DNA from: Thraustochytrium aureum
Taxonomy: Eukaryota
Assembly: GCA_012862495.1 (NCBI GenBank)
Contig: BLSG01000154.1
Location: 211,691 to 247,805, forward strand
DNA: 36,115 nt
Direction: 5' to 3'
The notes beneath the pieces were generated by a model. It was not told the DNA's origin, made no database searches, and was given only the letters and a program-made list of their open reading frames with translations. A program made the position numbers and the translations under genes. Of this stretch, positions 31,033 through 36,115 are shown one piece after another (position 1 is the stretch's first letter; every line of letters begins with the position of its first letter).

Positions 31033-33516
31033 GCCGCTCGCGTAGGAAGAGCGCTATCTTTCCGGTAGGCGCACTCGGCTCCCCGGTCTTTGGTTTGCGT
31101 GGCGCGTGGGGCGCGCGGGCGGGAGCGGCAAATCCCAAAAGGTAAGAACGGAGACCTGCCCACAGGTCGGTCGGTCGGTCGGTCCGTCGGTCGTTTGGTC
31201 TATCGCTGCGCCGTTGCTGAGCAGCACTCGCACGCTCCAGTCCGGGGCGTTCGCCTGCTTGCTGCGGCCCCGAGGTTCGGTTTCTCGTACTCGTGCCTCC
31301 CCTCTACCGATGCGCCCCCACTCGCAGAAACCACGGAGACCGCGCAATCGTTGCCCAGCAGCCCTGGGCCTCCGGCCGTGGCCCTCAACGCGCTTCACCG
31401 GNNNNNNNNNNNNNNNNNNNNNNNNNNNNNNNNNNNNNNNNNNNNNNNNNNNNNNNNNNNNNNNNNNNNNNNNNNNNNNNNNNNNNNNNNNNNNNNNNNN
31501 NNNNNNNNNNNNNNNNNNNNNNNNNNNNNNNNNNNNNNNNNNNNNNNNNNNNNNNNNNNNNNNNNNNNNNNNNNNNNNNNNNNNNNNNNNNNNNNNNNNN
31601 NNNNNNNNNNNNNNNNNNNNNNNNNNNNNNNNNNNNNNNNNNNNNNNNNNNNNNNNNNNNNNNNNCCGGCGTGCCGGATTGCGGCCTGCCTGCCTGCCCG
31701 CCTGCCTGGGAAGAGGAGGAGGAGGGTCTCGACTCTCGAGGGCTCTGGCGCACATTCTGCTTGTCTACAGTGCGCTGTAGCCATTGCGTACGCTCTCCTC
31801 AGGGCCCCTGGGGCCTCAACAACGACGGGAGAGAAGCAGACCGAAGAAAACAAGACAATGACTGCAATGATTTGTTTGGTTTTTTATTTTGGGGGAGTCT
31901 CGGATTGGGAGGGGGAAGGGGGAAACGGCCTTGGAGGCAGGGGGAAGTGTACAGAGACGTCCACTGTTCGCCTTGTTCCACCAGAGGGGCTTGATCCGAA
32001 CTGCAGGCCGCCCTCACAGGACCGAGTGGGTCTTGAGTCGACCGCTGCCTCTCAAAGTTGTAACGAGACGAGTTTTTAGCAGGAGGGAGGAACTTTGACT
32101 CGGAACAAGAGGTGGGAACCGGGGATGCTTCTCTGGGAGCTGCCTTTGGGGGAAGCAGCAAGGCGCAGCAAGGCTTGCAGCTGGCAGGGAGGGGCGATGC
32201 CGTTGGTTTTTGTTCGCTCTCCGTACTCTCTCGGGCTAGACTCTCTCGAGCAGAAGCAGATGGACCAAGGAGGAGCACGGAGGCAATGAGGGCCGGGAAG
32301 AGGAAGAAGTTGGCGAGTTGTCCACCAGCTTCGAGCGTGGGGCAAGCGACAGGCGGGTATTCCCACCGCCGGGGCGAGCGAGGCCCTCAGGGCCCCGGCC
32401 GAGTCCGAGACAGGTTTTGGGGCCGGGGTGTCGGCTGCCACACACTCTGGCTGGCGACAGGCCAGAGTACCATTCCTGGCAACAGCCTCTGCAGTGAGGG
32501 CCGGCGGAGGCCCTGAGGGGGCGCGCCTCCTGCGCACCCCTGCGGGCGGGCGGCCGGGTGTTGGGACAAGACGAATTTGCACCTCGCAAGCACGCGTCCT
32601 CACCGGCGGGAGCTCTCACGATCCGCTTACGAGCAGTCCCCTTACATACATAGAGTACCTACAGTAGAGAACCGCAGCTTTCGGACGCAGCGTGTGAGAG
32701 CAGACTTGGGGGGCAGCGGAGGAGCGCCTCACAGACAAACCGACCCGCGAAAAGTGGANNNNNNNNNNNNNNNNNNNNNNNNNNNNNNNNNNNNNNNNNN
32801 NNNNNNNNNNNNNNNNNNNNNNNNNNNNNNNNNNNNNNNNNNNNNNNNNNNNNNNNNNNNNNNNNNNNNNNNNNNNNNNNNNNNNNNNNNNNNNNNNNNN
32901 NNNNNNNNNNNNNNNNNNNNNNNNNNNNNNNNNNNNNNNNNNNNNNNNNNNNNNNNNNNNNNNNNNNNNNNNNNNNNNNNNNNNNNNNNNNNNNNNNNNN
33001 NNNNNNNNNNNNNNNNNNNNNNNNNNNNNNNNNNNNNNNNNNNNNNNNNNNNNNNNNNNNNNNNNNNNNNNNNNNNNNNNNNNNNNNNNNNNNNNNNNNN
33101 NNNNNNNNNNNNNNNNNNNNNNNNNNNNNNNNNNNNNNNNNNNNNNNNNNNNNNNNNNNNNNNNNNNNNNNNNNNNNNNNNNNNNNNNNNNNNNNNNNNN
33201 NNNNNNNNNNNNNNNNNNNNNNNNNNNNNNNNNNNNNNNNNNNNNNNNNNNNNNNNNNNNNNNNNNNNNNNNNNNNNNNNNNNNNNNNNNNNNNNNNNNN
33301 NNNNNNNNNNNNNNNNNNNNNNNNNNNNNNNNNNNNNNNNNNNNNNNNNNNNNNNNNNNNNNNNNNNNNNNNNNNNNNNNNNNNNNNNNNNNNNNNNNNN
33401 NNNNNNNNNNNNNNNNNNNNNNNNNNNNNNNNNNNNNNNNNNNNNNNNNNNNNNNNNNNNNNNNNNNNNNNNNNNNNNNNNNNNNNNNNNNNNNNNNNNN
33501 NNNNNNNNNNNNNNNN

Positions 33517-34269
33517 GCCAAAGCCAAGACGGCTGTACGCTGGCCCGCTGTACCAATCGGGAAAGAACGCGTTCAGAAACCCAGTGTCACCGCCATCGTG
33601 GGAACCAAGCAGCGGCGCTGGCCCGCTGTCCTCGGCGGCCCTGTCGGCGCAAAGGTCTTGCTGCTCGGCGCTGGCGACCCCGCTTGGCGCTCCGCCCTCG
33701 CTTTCCGTTGCCTCGGCCCGGCCGTCGTGCGCGGAACTCGAATCGCCACCCCTGCTGCTCTGCGTGACCCTGTCCAGCTCCTGCAGCATCTCTGCCAAAA
33801 TCGCGCGCGAGGGCCGCAGCACGAGCACGCCAGCGTTGAACTTGTCGGGCGGGAACACGTCCGGGGCAGCAGCAACCTCGCGCGGGCCGAGCGGCAGGTC
33901 GAACAGCTCGTCGATGCAGCCAACCACGACGCAGTCCGCGTCCACAAATACGACGAGATCGAACTCCTCCTCCAGGCTCCAAACCTGCAGCTTGGTCATC
34001 CCCGCCCTGGCCCAGGCATCGACATGGCACGCCTCCGAGAAGGGGTTTGCGAGTGGCTGAACCTCGCGGATCTGCGCCTTTGTCCTCCTCCTGAGCTGGA
34101 ACCGCGTGGTCTTGTCCACCTCTGGCGTCACCAGCACCACGAGCGCGACCTCGGCGCCCCTCCGCGTGTGCCTGCTGAACGACCGCAGCAGCGCCTGCGC
34201 GCCGTCGGCGAAGTCGGCCGTCGTCAGCAGCGTCACGAGCGCGACGCGCCGAGGGCGGCCAGGGTCCAT
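33517..34269 (-). CDS. GT8 glycogenin-like glycosyltransferase; C-terminus in gap 32759-33516
   Basis: ALVTLLTTADFADGAQALLRSF, TKLQVW, DxD motif VFVDAD, AAAPDVFPPDKFNAGVLVLRPS and HDGGDTGFLNAFF. Confidence 0.9.
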
Positions 34270-35038
34270 TTTCCGGCGCCGAGCGCCGCGTCGGCTGGTG
34301 CGCCGGCCGGTGCGCCTGGCCGCGCGCGCGCAGGGCGAACACCCAGAGCAGCGCGAACGATGAATGCAAGCGCGTGCCCGCCGCGCACCCGTTCGGGCTC
34401 TCGTCGCGGCGGCGCCGAGATCGCGGACCCAATCCTGCGCCAGTCCTCCACATATTGTCTTTTGGCACTGTAAAAGTGGCTGATGCTGTGAAAAAGCGTT
34501 GCATGGTCCTCGACGTCGGTGAGGCTTTTGGCACTTTCGAACCGTTTTTCGAAGGTGGTGGTGGGCGCTTGGCGGGTCGGGCATTGGCGCCGTCGTGCCG
34601 CGAGCGCTGCGAGTTGCGAGTGCCACGCGTCCCGGCGACTGTTGGTCCCGCCGTTGTCCACCACAGAAGAGGATGATGCGGCATGTTGTGAGGGCGCCGC
34701 CGCGCGGGAGATTGCCGTCTCGGCCCGAGTGGGCGCTGACCCGGCCAGCCGCGGTTTTGTTGCAGGCACGCACGCTGTTGAGCTTTGTCAGCTTGGCGAG
34801 CGCGGCATCTCGGCCTCGCCGTCTCGCCGGGCAGGCCTTCCGGCTCACAACTCGGCTTTGCGGAGGCCTGCGGCAATGTCCCGTTGTTGCCGGCCCATTC
34901 ATCTCATGCACTACTCCTGCCGAATCTCGCTCACTGGCGAGTCTGACTGCCGCGAGTCGGGCTGCGGCAGACCCGAAACGACCAAGCGAAGAATCAGCCC
35001 GCACCGCAACGAAAAACCAAGCCCCAACAAAGCACAAG

Positions 35039-35734
35039 ATGGCTACCTCGGCAAGCTCCCCGGTGGACCCCGTCGCCTTCCCCAAGATCAAGCTCACGTA
35101 CTTTGACATCTCCGGCCGCGCCGAGACGGCGCGCCTCGCGTTCGTGATTGGCGGCGTCCCCTTCGAGGACGAACGCCTCTCGGGCGCGGAGTTTGCTCGC
35201 ATCAAGGCAGATGTGCCGCTTGGGCAGCTTCCCGTTGTCAGCATTGACGGCGGCGAGAGCATCTGCCAGAGCCGCGCCATCTTTCGCTTTGCCGGCCGCC
35301 TCACCAACCTCTACCCCGAAGACGCGGTCCAGGCCCTCCGCGTCGACGAGATCCTCGACACCCTGGAGGACGTGTTTACGAGCGTTCGGCCAACTTATGC
35401 TCTCCCCGAAAGCGAGAAACTCGCCGCACGCCACGCCTTGTTTGAGCCCACTGGCGAGGCGGCGCGAGTGCTGAAAGCCGTCGAGAAAATGGCCACCACG
35501 CCCCAAAACGGGACCACTACCTTTGTGTTTGGCGAAGAGGCCACGATCGCTGACATCAACATCTACTCGACCATCGACTTTCTCCTCTCCGGTTTCCTGG
35601 ACGGCGTGGACAGCTCCAACGTGAACGCCGAGCTGTACCCGAACCTGTTCCGCATCTCGGACAATGTGCGCGCGCACCCCGCTGTAGCCGCCTACCTCGC
35701 CGAGCGGGCCGCTGCCAAGGCTGAATCCGCCTAG
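35039..35734 (+). CDS. GST: Glutathione S-transferase, sigma-like
   Basis: KLTYFDISGRAETARLAF (catalytic Tyr), PFEDER, PLGQLPV, QSRAI, LYP, TIADI and YPNL motifs. The ATG follows a CAA-rich leader. Confidence 0.95.
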   Translation: MATSASSPVDPVAFPKIKLTYFDISGRAETARLAFVIGGVPFEDERLSGAEFARIKADVPLGQLPVVSIDGGESICQSRAIFRFAGRLTNLYPEDAVQALRVDEILDTLEDVFTSVRPTYALPESEKLAARHALFEPTGEAARVLKAVEKMATTPQNGTTTFVFGEEATIADINIYSTIDFLLSGFLDGVDSSNVNAELYPNLFRISDNVRAHPAVAAYLAERAAAKAESA

Positions 35735-36115
35735 TAAACGGTGAACCGCCGCATCGCGTTCATCTCAATCGAAAATGAAGCCACCAACTTCCCATCATCT
35801 CCTTTCTTCGTCCTGCCCCAGGCTTGGACTCTACAGGCACGCTTGCGCGGCGGCGGCGGCCGCGTGTGTCCATCCGGCGAGCTGCAGCCCACTCTCGCGA
35901 ATCCAGCGAAGACCGACAGCAGCGCGAGCGCTGCTGGACAACAGCCGTGCGAGCTCCGAGACGTTCGTGCGTCCTTCCGCGCAACTTGATTCCACGCCGC
36001 GTCCGCGATCTGGTCTCGAGGGCAACGGAGACCTCGAGATGTGCACGATCGAGGTCACGTGTGAGAGTTGTGTTGGGAACTGATCCTTCTGATCAGTTAC
36101 CGGCCAGCCGCGGGC

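Noticed and set aside
31666..32758. Short ORFs between the WRKY19-like gene and GT8
   Set aside because: No motifs or consistent codon bias. Treated as intergenic or UTR, although a small gene cannot be excluded.

Overview
Gapped scaffold (11 N-runs, about 6 kb) of a GC-rich, gene-dense, intron-poor eukaryotic nuclear genome. The compact layout, WRKY19-like repeat protein and gene set suggest a stramenopile protist, possibly a labyrinthulomycete/thraustochytrid; this is inference only. Recognisable genes in order: SNX1/2-type PX-BAR sorting nexin (-), large UBL-like plus multi-EF-hand protein (+), F-box plus EF-hand protein (+), two importin-alpha paralogues (-), GCN5 (-), SHMT (+), RanBD/RanBP2-zinc-finger/FG-repeat nucleoporin-like protein (-), GT47 exostosin-like glycosyltransferase (+, one inferred intron), WRKY19-like CCCH-repeat/poly-Q protein (-), GT8 glycogenin-like glycosyltransferase (-) and a sigma-like GST (+). 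I found no tRNA, rRNA, CRISPR array or transposase. I cannot demonstrate a new biological system from the sequence alone. The best leads are two adjacent genes that pair EF-hands with ubiquitin-system modules, a divergent importin-alpha duplicate that has lost a minor-site Trp, an unusual nucleoporin domain order, and intergenic clusters of GAGTAC-based palindromes. Several apparent frameshifts most likely reflect homopolymer sequencing errors.
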